Part shown: positions 1 through 9,866 of the stretch, in pieces
Layout: the number at the start of each line of letters is the position of its first letter
Numbering within the stretch: position 1 is the first letter of the stretch
Program-made: the position numbers and the translations under genes
NCBI GenBank assembly: GCA_963664705.1
Contig: OY761556.1
Location: 1,920,001-1,984,000 of the forward strand
Length of the DNA: 64,000 nt
Direction: 5' to 3'
Origin: Acidobacteriota bacterium
GTDB taxonomy: Bacteria > Acidobacteriota > UBA6911
The notes under the pieces: generated by a model
Databases searched by the model: none
What the model was told of the DNA's origin: nothing
Seen by the model: the letters and a program-made list of their open reading frames with translations, nothing else

Positions 1-2
1 TC

Positions 3-341
3 CTGCGAGAAGGATTCCAGCGCCTGCTGGATTCCATCTTCATATAATTTGAAATTCTCCTTCTTCAGGCCTCCGACAAAATGTCCGGATTTGTCAAACA
101 CCGAGGTATACATGACAACCATGTCGACGCTGACGCCGATCGTGAAGCCTTTATCCGCGGCGGGAGTGTCCTGTGGAATTCTGGATTCGAGTTCCGGCTT
201 GGTTTGCCGCCGTCGTTCCTGTTGTGTTGTATTCTTGTCCTGGGCGCGCAGCGTGCGGAAAACCGGCAGGGTCCCCAGCAAAAGGATCGCTGCGAGTCCC
301 AATTTGATTCGGAGTCCCCAGGCATTAGTTTTTGGGCGCAT
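3..341 (-). CDS. VWA domain protein (Acidobacterial VWFA-related), N-terminal part; runs off the window start
   Basis: Not in the ORF track. Manual translation from ATG 341 gives MRPKTNAWGLRIKLGLAAILLLGTLPVFRTLRAQ...FTIGVSVDMVVMYTSVFDKSGHFVGGLKKENFKLYEDG, which matches the N-terminal motif of the neighbouring VWA protein (V.D..G..V.GL.KE.F..YED). Confidence 0.8.
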   Translation of the reverse strand, partial: MRPKTNAWGLRIKLGLAAILLLGTLPVFRTLRAQDKNTTQQERRRQTKPELESRIPQDTPAADKGFTIGVSVDMVVMYTSVFDKSGHFVGGLKKENFKLYEDGIQQALESFSQ

Positions 342-1314
342 AGTAACCCTCTTTGGCATGCACCATCAGCTTGGGAAGGCCTTGGGGCGCATCAAGTTTG
401 ACGCGTATTCGACGCCATTTCCCATCATGAGACTTGTTGGTCGGAATGTAGCCAATGACATATTGAGTACGAAGTTCGGCGTGAATGAGGTCGATATAGT
501 AGTCGAGCTCGTTGAAGTTGTTCGGGAAAAAGGTTCGTCCCCCTGTTGTGCTGACAAGGTTTTGAATTTCGGCGCGGCCATACCCCAGCTTGCCTTCTTC
601 GCCAATGGCATAAATCTGAACATCCGATTCCTTCGCGAATTCGCGGACTTCGTTGGCTGAGTATCGGGAACTGTTATCTTCACCGTCCGTGATGACAATC
701 AGCGCTTTCTTCTCATTTTTCGCATTCTTAATCTGGTCCAATCCCATGTACACCGCGTCATACATCGCGGTTCTCCCGCCGGGCTTCTGGAAGGCCACGT
801 CATTCTGCAACGAGGAACTCTGGGCAGTGAAAGATTGTACCAGCGTGGTCTTTTGATTGAAGGTGATCAGGAAATACTCATCGTCCGGATTACCGGACTG
901 AAGGAAGCGCGAGATCGCATTTTTGGCCTTTTTGATGTTGTTGTTGTCCTTCATGCTGCCGCTGACATCAAAAATCAGGCCGACGCTGATAGGGGCAGAT
1001 TGCTGATGGAAATGCGAAATGGTCTGTTCTACCTTATCCTCGTAGATCTGGAAGTGCTCTTTTTCAAGCCCTGTGACGTACCGGTTCAGCGGATCGGTAA
1101 CCGAGACTTTTACAAAAACCGTTTCAACCCCGACTTTGAACAGAGGAGTTGTAGCCGGCCTCTGTGCTTGGCCCATCAAGTCAAGCGCATAGGTCAGAAA
1201 GGCAGCTACAAACAATGCGGAAACAGCCCGAAATCTCAAACTCACGTTAGTGCCTCGTGCGCCAGGTCGCGACGACGCAAATTCAATTAACAGTTTAACA
1301 TCCGGCCCATGCAA
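325..1314 (-). CDS. VWA domain protein, Acidobacterial VWFA-related (TIGR03436-like)
   Basis: MIDAS motif DVSGS, TAMYDA, ITDGED, and the C-terminal YVIGY.P....DGKWR.I.V...GYYAP signature. Start codon uncertain. Confidence 0.9.
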   Translation of the reverse strand: MHGPDVKLLIEFASSRPGARGTNVSLRFRAVSALFVAAFLTYALDLMGQAQRPATTPLFKVGVETVFVKVSVTDPLNRYVTGLEKEHFQIYEDKVEQTISHFHQQSAPISVGLIFDVSGSMKDNNNIKKAKNAISRFLQSGNPDDEYFLITFNQKTTLVQSFTAQSSSLQNDVAFQKPGGRTAMYDAVYMGLDQIKNAKNEKKALIVITDGEDNSSRYSANEVREFAKESDVQIYAIGEEGKLGYGRAEIQNLVSTTGGRTFFPNNFNELDYYIDLIHAELRTQYVIGYIPTNKSHDGKWRRIRVKLDAPQGLPKLMVHAKEGYYAPKN

Positions 1315-1347
1315 GTCAAGAGTGCGGACGGGTCCGCACCACGCGGA

Positions 1348-3600
1348 TTATTCGGCGTTGAGTCGTTCGAGAAACTCCAGTCCAACCAAAACTTCCCGTG
1401 GTTTGGATCCGTCAGCTGGTCCGACAATTCCATTGTGATACATCATGTCAACCAGTTTGGCCGCCCGCCCATATCCGATGCTGAGCCGACGCTGCAGAAG
1501 GGAAGTGGATGCCCTCCCTTCACCAACGACCACTCGCACCGCATCTTTGTAAAGGCTATCCTGCAATCCCGGGTCAACAGGATTGCCCGCTTCGTCCACT
1601 TCCTCCTGCCCGTAGGTAAGGACCGATTCGTCATAGGACGGCCTGCCTTGCTTGCGCAGGAATTCGACAATAGCCTGTGCTTCCTTTTCACTGACGTAGG
1701 CGCCGTGAATGCGCGTAAGACGAGCCGTCCCGGGCGGAATAAACAACATGTCTCCGTTGCCGAGCAGCTGTTCCGCTCCGTTGCCGTCGATGATCGTGCG
1801 CGAGTCCACCTTCGATGCGACTTTGAAGGCGATGCGGCAGGGGAAGTTGGCTTTAATGATACCTGTAATAACATCCACTGACGGGCGTTGGGTCGCGAGG
1901 ATCAGGTGAATACCTACGGCGCGCGCCATGGCAGCCAGGCGCGAAATCGATTCCTCTACCTCTCGGGAAGAAACCATCATCAGGTCGGCGAGCTCGTCAA
2001 TGACAATCACGATGTAGGAAAGCGGCCGCTCCAACTCGCCTTCCGCTTCTTTTTCGAGGAAGGACATCTGGCTGCTCGAGCTACGGATCAGCGTGTTGTA
2101 TTGGTCGATATTGCGCACGCCGCGCAGCGCCAGCTTTTTATAGCGGCTCTCCATTTCGCTGGTGGCCCAGCGGAGCGCATTGGCCGCCTCGCCCGCGTCC
2201 GTGACAATAGGGGTCAGGAGATGGGGGATATCCGAATACAGTCCGAGCTCAAGACGCTTGGGATCGATGAATACAAAACGGACTTCCTCTGGAGTCGCCT
2301 TGTATAGGATCGACGTAATCATGCAATTGAGCGCCACGCTCTTTCCTGATCCCGTGGCCCCGGCAATCAAAAGATGCGGCATGCGCGCAAGATCTGTTAC
2401 AAAGGGGCTGCCGTTGATCAGCTTTCCAAGCGACAGCGTCAGCCTGGAAGCAGACTTTTGGAAGACCTCGGACTCCACCAGTTCGCGAAGCATGATGGTT
2501 TCGCGCTGGCTGTTGGGTACTTCAATCCCAACGGTAGCCTTGCCCGGAATCCGATCGATTCGAACCGATTCTGCCTTGATCCCGAGGCACAGGTCATCCA
2601 CAAGCCCGGTAATCCTGGCATACTTGATTCCGGCATCCGGCTTGAATTCGAATGTGGTAACCACCGGCCCAGGATGGATCTGCGTAATGCTTCCATTGAC
2701 ATCGAACTCCGCGCACTTGTCGGAGATCATACGGGCGCGTTCCATCAGGTCGGCTTCATTGACAGGGAAGGGATTATCCGCAGGGCTCAGCAGAGATACC
2801 GGCGGCAAAGTGAATTTGCGCGATTTCGAGCCGTCCTGTTCGGGACCCTTGGTCTGCGCCGGTTTTTGCGGCGGCGGATCAGGTGTGCGCACCACAGGGG
2901 GCGGTGCAGACGGTTTGGTATCGGCAGAAGCGATGGCGGCCTTCACCGGAACAGGGCGCGGATCAGGCTTTATGACAGGCGCCGAGGATGGCTTAATATT
3001 GACAACCGCCGGCTTTCGATTCTCCCGCCATTTCTTGAATCGATCCCAAAGCTTTGGCCGCGGTATTCCAGCCTCCGGCGCAATCCGCGTAAAAAATCGA
3101 TTTAGCGAAAGCGTCGTGGCCGCCAGAATTCCCAGAAGCAACGCCCCTGCGATCACTATAATCGTGCCGGTACGATTGAGGTTAGGCAGAAGCAAGTCAT
3201 CGACGATCAGAACCCCTATGAGCCCGCCAGGTTTGAGGGCTCCATCCTTCACCCGCAGGGGAGTCAAATGCATAACGGCACTGGCACTGACAATCAGCAG
3301 GAACAGTCCAATCGTTCTCAGGTAAGGCGTCTGAATTTCACGGGCAAAGATATATTTCCAGCTCAATATGAACAGTGGAACCGGAAGAAGAAAAGCAGCA
3401 AAGCCAAAAATCTGGAAAAGAAAATCACTGGTATACGCCCCGATTCTTCCTATCCGGTTGTCGGGCATCTTAGCCGACAGCACATTGAAGCTGGAATCAT
3501 GCGGGTTATAGGATAAAAGACAAAGTAAAACCAATACTGCAACTAATAATAGGAAAACACCTATGAATTCATGTCTTTTTGCATTCGTTTCGTGCGGCAT
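1348..3600 (-). CDS. ftsK: DNA translocase FtsK
   Basis: N-terminal TM segments, Pro-rich linker, PHLLIAGATGSGKS Walker A, IDELADLM, LATQRPSVDVITG, gamma domain STSLLQRRLSIGYGRAA. Confidence 0.98.
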   Translation of the reverse strand: MPHETNAKRHEFIGVFLLLVAVLVLLCLLSYNPHDSSFNVLSAKMPDNRIGRIGAYTSDFLFQIFGFAAFLLPVPLFILSWKYIFAREIQTPYLRTIGLFLLIVSASAVMHLTPLRVKDGALKPGGLIGVLIVDDLLLPNLNRTGTIIVIAGALLLGILAATTLSLNRFFTRIAPEAGIPRPKLWDRFKKWRENRKPAVVNIKPSSAPVIKPDPRPVPVKAAIASADTKPSAPPPVVRTPDPPPQKPAQTKGPEQDGSKSRKFTLPPVSLLSPADNPFPVNEADLMERARMISDKCAEFDVNGSITQIHPGPVVTTFEFKPDAGIKYARITGLVDDLCLGIKAESVRIDRIPGKATVGIEVPNSQRETIMLRELVESEVFQKSASRLTLSLGKLINGSPFVTDLARMPHLLIAGATGSGKSVALNCMITSILYKATPEEVRFVFIDPKRLELGLYSDIPHLLTPIVTDAGEAANALRWATSEMESRYKKLALRGVRNIDQYNTLIRSSSSQMSFLEKEAEGELERPLSYIVIVIDELADLMMVSSREVEESISRLAAMARAVGIHLILATQRPSVDVITGIIKANFPCRIAFKVASKVDSRTIIDGNGAEQLLGNGDMLFIPPGTARLTRIHGAYVSEKEAQAIVEFLRKQGRPSYDESVLTYGQEEVDEAGNPVDPGLQDSLYKDAVRVVVGEGRASTSLLQRRLSIGYGRAAKLVDMMYHNGIVGPADGSKPREVLVGLEFLERLNAE

Positions 3601-3695
3601 GTGCTAGTCCACTTCCAGTATCGCTGGTTTGACGGGCTATCCGAGATCCAACGCATCGCATTCCTTGACCGCTGGAGTCCTATCAAGCAAGAAAA

Positions 3696-5357
3696 TCAGA
3701 TTTCATAAATCACCGGAACAATCATGGGGCGTGTTCCGGTTTGTTTGCGAAAATATCTTTTCAACCCGGCCCGGATGGCTTCGCTGAGAACGAGGGAATC
3801 CGCGCGCTCTTCCTGGCTGCATTCCTCCACGGTCTTGATCACGATATCGCGTGCTTCGGAAAGAAACGCGGCCGCTTCTTCCTCCTGCACATGGCCGCGG
3901 CTGACGAGTTCGGGCAAGCCTTCGAGGTTGCCGGTGGATTTGTTAATCGCGACAACGGCAAGAACAACGCCCTCTTCAGACAGGTGCTGGCGGTCCCGGA
4001 CCACGACTTCATCGAGTTCGGCAACGCCTCCTTCGTCGATAAGGCGACGGCCAACGGGAGCTTTGCCCTCAATCCGGACGGACTCGGGTTCCAGGACAAG
4101 AATGTCACCCGTTTCAGCCAGCAGGATTCGCTCCTGGGGAATTCCGACTTCGCGGGCAAGGAGGGCATGAGAGTAGAGTTGTCGATATTCCCCGTGGACA
4201 GGAACAAAGAACCGGGGCCGAGTCAGGTTGAGCATTAACTTCAGTTCTTCCTGGCTGGCGTGTCCCGAGACATGCATGGACCACTGGCTCTCGTCAAAGA
4301 CGCGGGCTCCTCGGCGGCAAAAATGATTGACGAGGCGCGACACGCGTCCTTCATTTCCAGGGATGACGCGGGCGCTGATGATGACGGAGTCCCCTTCCTT
4401 TACACTCAGCTCCTTATGTTTGCCGAAGGCCAGCCTCGTAAGGGCGGCCAAGGGCTCTCCCTGGCTGCCTGTGCTAAGGATGACTAGTCGGTTATCGGGA
4501 ATGCCCTGACATTCGGAACTGTCGGCCAAAACACCGGCCGGGATATTCAAATAGCCGAGCTGTGAAGCAATGCCGATGTTTTCCTTCATGCTCCGGCCCA
4601 GCGGCACCACGCGTCGTCCAAACTTCTGCGCCAGTTCCAGGATGATCTGAATCCTGTGAATGCTGGATGCAAAGCAGGCCACCACGATCTTGTTCGGGCT
4701 GCTGAAGAAGACCTGTTCGATATGCCGGCGGACGTGATTCTCCGACGGGGTGAACCCGGGTCTTTCGCTATTGGTGCTGTCGCTGAACAGTGCCAGTACG
4801 CCATTCTCCCCGAAATAAGACAGCCTTGCGTAATCGGTCAGATTGCGGTTTGGCGGGGACTGATCCAATTTGAAGTCACCCGTATGGATAATCGTGCCGA
4901 CCGGTGTCGTGATGGCAAAGCCGATGCTGTCCGCAATGCTATGGGTCATACTAAGGACTTCAACGTGGATATCACCAAAATCCATGGCATCGCGAGGACT
5001 GACTGCGTGCAATTCAGCCGAATCGAGAATCCCATTTTCCTCAAGCCGTCCTCGGGCGAATCCCAGGGTCAGCGGCGTCCCATAGACGGGTGCGGAAACA
5101 TCTTTCAGGAGATAGGCTAGAGCCCCAATGTGATCTTCGTGACCATGGGTCAGCAGAACCGCGCGGACTTTATCCTCGTTTTCCAGCAGGTAGGCAAAGT
5201 CTGGAATAACCAGGTCGACTCCCAACATGTCGTCACGGGGGAACATTAATCCGGCATCGATGACGATGATGTCATCCCCGTAACGAACCGCCATCGAATT
5301 CATTCCAAATTCCCCAAGTCCGCCCAGGGGAATGATTTCCATTTGATTAGACATCAC
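3696..5357 (-). CDS. rnj: Ribonuclease J
   Basis: PLGGLGEFGMN, THGHEDHIG, HTGDFK, GSQGEP, HVSGH, PVHGE motifs. Confidence 0.97.
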   Translation of the reverse strand: MMSNQMEIIPLGGLGEFGMNSMAVRYGDDIIVIDAGLMFPRDDMLGVDLVIPDFAYLLENEDKVRAVLLTHGHEDHIGALAYLLKDVSAPVYGTPLTLGFARGRLEENGILDSAELHAVSPRDAMDFGDIHVEVLSMTHSIADSIGFAITTPVGTIIHTGDFKLDQSPPNRNLTDYARLSYFGENGVLALFSDSTNSERPGFTPSENHVRRHIEQVFFSSPNKIVVACFASSIHRIQIILELAQKFGRRVVPLGRSMKENIGIASQLGYLNIPAGVLADSSECQGIPDNRLVILSTGSQGEPLAALTRLAFGKHKELSVKEGDSVIISARVIPGNEGRVSRLVNHFCRRGARVFDESQWSMHVSGHASQEELKLMLNLTRPRFFVPVHGEYRQLYSHALLAREVGIPQERILLAETGDILVLEPESVRIEGKAPVGRRLIDEGGVAELDEVVVRDRQHLSEEGVVLAVVAINKSTGNLEGLPELVSRGHVQEEEAAAFLSEARDIVIKTVEECSQEERADSLVLSEAIRAGLKRYFRKQTGTRPMIVPVIYEI

Positions 5358-5401
5358 TTGTTTTTCCGGATGGTTAAGGGCGAAGTATAGCCCAAAAAAA
5401 T

Positions 5402-5429
5402 TCAGAAGTCAGGAGTCAGAAGTCAGAAT
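5402..5429. repeat. Heptamer tandem repeat (TCAGAAG/TCAGGAG) x4
   Basis: tcagaag tcaggag tcagaag tcagaat, directly after the rsmA stop codon. Confidence 0.8.
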
Positions 5430-5432
5430 AAA

Positions 5433-6302
5433 TCAAAGATTTGTCGATTTTTGTCCGCCGTTCTGAAATTCCTCCCAATACACCGAGGCGAGATGTTCAT
5501 ACTGCTGGATGGTGAGCTCCTCGGCCCGCGCGGAGCCATTGATTCCGGCATGGGAAATGAGAGCATCGGATACCGCGCCGAGAGCGGCATGTCTGGAAAG
5601 CGAATTGGACAGGGTTTTGCGCCGGTAATTGAAGGCCGCTTTGACTACTTCATCAAAGGCAGCTTCGAAAGGCGGGTTCCACACTCGCTGTTTTGGATGG
5701 AGCGCTACCATAGCGGAGGTAACCTTGGGTCGCGGGACGAAGCATGCGGAGGATACCTTGAAGCCCATCTCGACATGCGCATGGTGCTGGCAATATACGG
5801 AAAAGAAGCCATATTCTTTTGAGCCCGGATTGGCTGTGATGCGCTGGGCAACCTCGAGTTGCACCATGAAATGCATATCTTGAACAGGATGGGCATTTTG
5901 AAGCAGCTTTTCTATGATGACCGTGGCGATGTTGTAAGGTAGATTCCCTGCCACCCGGATTTTTTCGCTCGGCGGAAGCTGCGCAGCCAGGAAACCTGAG
6001 AGCTCAAGCTGGAGAAAATCACCCGGAACCACGATGGCGGAAGGGAAGGGGCTCAGGGTTTCTGTCAGGAGCGGGATGCGATCCAAGTCTATTTCCAATG
6101 CAATATACCGGGAAACGCGGGGTGCAAGCAGTTTTGATATCGCACCGTCGCCGGCTCCAATTTCGAGAAATGAATCGACGGAGCCCGGCTGAATCCACCG
6201 GACAATACGGTCGATAACTCCCGTATCTCTTAGAAAATGTTGCCCAAAGCGCTTTTTTGCGCCCGGAGCATTGGGCTTGACAAGGTCTGAGTACACTTCC
6301 AT
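5433..6302 (-). CDS. rsmA: 16S rRNA adenine dimethyltransferase RsmA/KsgA
   Basis: KKRFGQHFL, LEIGAGDG, GNLPYNI, F.PRPKV.S, RRKTL.N, RAEEL. Confidence 0.97.
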   Translation of the reverse strand: MEVYSDLVKPNAPGAKKRFGQHFLRDTGVIDRIVRWIQPGSVDSFLEIGAGDGAISKLLAPRVSRYIALEIDLDRIPLLTETLSPFPSAIVVPGDFLQLELSGFLAAQLPPSEKIRVAGNLPYNIATVIIEKLLQNAHPVQDMHFMVQLEVAQRITANPGSKEYGFFSVYCQHHAHVEMGFKVSSACFVPRPKVTSAMVALHPKQRVWNPPFEAAFDEVVKAAFNYRRKTLSNSLSRHAALGAVSDALISHAGINGSARAEELTIQQYEHLASVYWEEFQNGGQKSTNL

Positions 6303-6365
6303 AATAACTTTCTATTTTATAGGGGCGGAAGTTTGCCTTCAATGTAAGTTAGGAGAATTTGAAAG

Positions 6366-6716
6366 ATGAGCGGAAAAGTATCAGAGGTCGGGGATCAGAA
6401 TTTTGAGGCAGAGGTCCTGAATTCTCCAATGCCGGTCCTAGTGGACTTTTGGGCTGCATGGTGCGCACCTTGCCGGATGCTCGCCCCTGTGGTAGAAGCG
6501 ATCGCCGAGCAGTATGACGGGCAGGCGAAGGTGGTAAAAGTGAATGTGGATGAAAACACCCTGACGTCCGGGAAATACAACATCAAAGGGATCCCAACCC
6601 TGTTGCTTTTCAAAGACGGAGTCATCAAAGAACAGATCATCGGCAATACGACCAAGGGTACGATCTCCAAGATGATCGATAACCACCTGGAATCGGATGC
6701 CGTTCAAAACTCCTAA
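6366..6716 (+). CDS. trxA: Thioredoxin
   Basis: VLVDFWAAWCAPCR active site, GIPTLLLFKDG. Confidence 0.96.
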   Translation: MSGKVSEVGDQNFEAEVLNSPMPVLVDFWAAWCAPCRMLAPVVEAIAEQYDGQAKVVKVNVDENTLTSGKYNIKGIPTLLLFKDGVIKEQIIGNTTKGTISKMIDNHLESDAVQNS

Positions 6717-6810
6717 TAGAAGCAGCCATCTGCGTTGCGCCTGGATTTTGTGAGCACGGATAATTATCCGCGGAGCAGTGGAAGCGTGCTCGCGGGATTC
6801 GCGCGCCTGA

Positions 6811-8148
<1,338 letters not shown>

Positions 8149-8153
8149 TACTG

Positions 8154-8204
8154 CACGAAATTCGTGAAACTCGCGGCAATAACTCCTTTGGTCGCGAGTT
8201 TCAC
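8154..8204. repeat. REP-like inverted repeat after purA
   Basis: gtgaaactcgcg (8164-8175) pairs with cgcgagtttcac (8193-8204). Similar to the element at 49345-49386. Confidence 0.65.
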
Positions 8205-8298
8205 AATCGCTGTCAACTTTCAGCGACTCCTCTTTTTGTTTGCGGTCACGCCGAACCTGTGAAAAAATCATAATGATACTTTTCTCAGTCAAAGGACT

Positions 8299-9051
8299 GT
8301 GGCGATGATTCGTAAGAGCGCGGTCGGCGTTGCCCTTCTTTTCACAATTCAACTGGCTTTTGCACAGAGCTTTCAGAAAAGCTACGACCTTCCTGCCAGC
8401 GGTCAGATTTTTATCGACAACTTTCTGGGCGATATAAGGGTTTCTGGCTCTGCCGGCAAGAGTATCGAAGTAAAGGCCATCCGGAAGGGACCGGAAACGG
8501 ATTCCGTCCAGATCAATGACATGAGCTATGGAAGCCGGATTCAGATCATGGTGCGTTATCCGAAAGAGCCGGGTGGAACAACCATTGTTGACCTCGAGAT
8601 AAAAGTGCCCAATACGGTTCCATTCAACTTCGATCGATTGACCTCTTTTGCAGGGAATGTTTCAGTTGCGAATATTGTCGGCCGCCTGCGGGCGGAAAGT
8701 GTTCGGGGCAGCGTTGAGATCAAGGATGTGCGTGGTCTGGTGAGTGCCTTTTCGGTAAGCGGCTGTGTAACGGCCGATATCAACAAGGTGCAGGATCCGA
8801 GCAACATGCGCTTCCGATCCATCAGCGGCGATGTTGCCGTTTCGGCGCCGGCAAATCTGGACGCCTTGATTTTCATGTCCAGTGACAGTGGCATGCTACG
8901 GAGTGATTTTCCAATAGATATTCAGGAGAGGCGTTACGGACCGGGAAGAGAAGCTCGCGGAAAAATTGGTTCCGGGAAACAGGTTTTATGGATCAATTCC
9001 AATTCCGGCCGTGTCAGCCTGATCCAGAAGCCGGAGAAACAGGCATCATGA
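8299..9051 (+). CDS. Exported DUF4097-family beta-strand repeat protein
   Basis: Signal peptide ending AFA-Q; repeated S.SG.V beta-strand units. Confidence 0.8.
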   Translation: MAMIRKSAVGVALLFTIQLAFAQSFQKSYDLPASGQIFIDNFLGDIRVSGSAGKSIEVKAIRKGPETDSVQINDMSYGSRIQIMVRYPKEPGGTTIVDLEIKVPNTVPFNFDRLTSFAGNVSVANIVGRLRAESVRGSVEIKDVRGLVSAFSVSGCVTADINKVQDPSNMRFRSISGDVAVSAPANLDALIFMSSDSGMLRSDFPIDIQERRYGPGREARGKIGSGKQVLWINSNSGRVSLIQKPEKQAS

Positions 9052-9494
9052 GCGATCTTACCTATGAAACTCTCCGGAAGCGTATTTCGGACGAGCTGAA
9101 TGTGCGCGTGAAGGAATTCGGCAAGACGGTAGAAGAAGTGGACCGGCATTTCCGTTATCTGGGCTTCGCGAAAACGGTTTGGATTCCGGACAGAATACAT
9201 GTGGCGGATATCGGCGGGTTGGATGCCGAGAGCTATGTCGGGTATGCGCGAATTGAGGGAAAATGGAGCCTGAGCATTCGGACCGTCGAACGCGATCGCG
9301 AGACGCGTTCCTTTGTCAACCAGCGCGTCTACTCCGTTGCCACCAGCGGCAATATGGAAATCGTCGTCAGCGCGCTGAAAAAGGTTCCCGATTTGTTGCG
9401 CTCGATTGACAAGGCGGTAACACAGCAGATGAAAACGCTCTCGGAGGCCGGTGCCGAGTACGACTGGCTGCGCGATCCGGACTGCAGGTTTTAG
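9048..9494 (+). CDS. Hypothetical protein
   Basis: ATGA overlap with the upstream stop codon; MSDLTYETLRKRI..., 148 aa. Confidence 0.7.
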   Translation: MSDLTYETLRKRISDELNVRVKEFGKTVEEVDRHFRYLGFAKTVWIPDRIHVADIGGLDAESYVGYARIEGKWSLSIRTVERDRETRSFVNQRVYSVATSGNMEIVVSALKKVPDLLRSIDKAVTQQMKTLSEAGAEYDWLRDPDCRF

Positions 9495-9541
9495 GGACGA
9501 ATCCATTTTCAAATTAAATATAAAAAAAGCAGAAACTACCT

Positions 9542-9569
9542 TTGAAACCACGCGTAAGCGTGCTAATCT
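9542..9569 (+). promoter_or_regulatory. Putative sigma70 promoter of tRNA-Lys
   Basis: TTGAAA-16bp-TAATCT with an extended -10 TG and an A-rich UP-like tract upstream. Confidence 0.5.
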
Positions 9570-9614
9570 TTTCGCTCGTTGCCCGAGGCTTATGGGCAAC
9601 AGCCTCGTTAGAAT

Positions 9615-9687
9615 GGGCCGTTAGCTCAGTCGGCAGAGCATCTGCCTTTTAAGCAGAGGGTCGTTGGTTCGAGTCCAACACGGCTCA
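9615..9687 (+). tRNA. tRNA-Lys (anticodon TTT); 3' CCA not encoded
   Basis: Acceptor stem gggccgt/acggctc, D arm gctc/gagc, anticodon arm tctgc-ctTTTaa-gcaga, T loop gttcgag. Confidence 0.97.
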
Positions 9688-9690
9688 TCA
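9646..9690 (+). repeat. attL core (3' half of tRNA-Lys)
   Basis: cttttaagcagagggtcgttggttcgagtccaacacggctcatca, identical to 19488-19532. Confidence 0.95.
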
Positions 9691-9704
9691 CACAAGCACA
9701 ATCC

Positions 9705-9777
9705 AATCAAACGTTTAGCCATTCTGAAATCTGCAGGCTTCTCTTGTTTTGGCGTCACTGTGCCCTGAATTGTGCCC
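9705..9777 (+). promoter_or_regulatory. attL arm: IHF box plus tandem integrase arm-type sites
   Basis: AATCAAacgtTTA (9705-9717) fits WATCAANNNNTTR; TGTGCCC at 9759-9765 and 9771-9777. Confidence 0.7.
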
Positions 9778-9866
9778 TAGGAGGCTATGTATGGTCCTTT
9801 GGTTTTCTCATAATGGAACCACAGGTGGCGTAACCTTAGATAATTGAGCAAAATTTGCACATTTGA

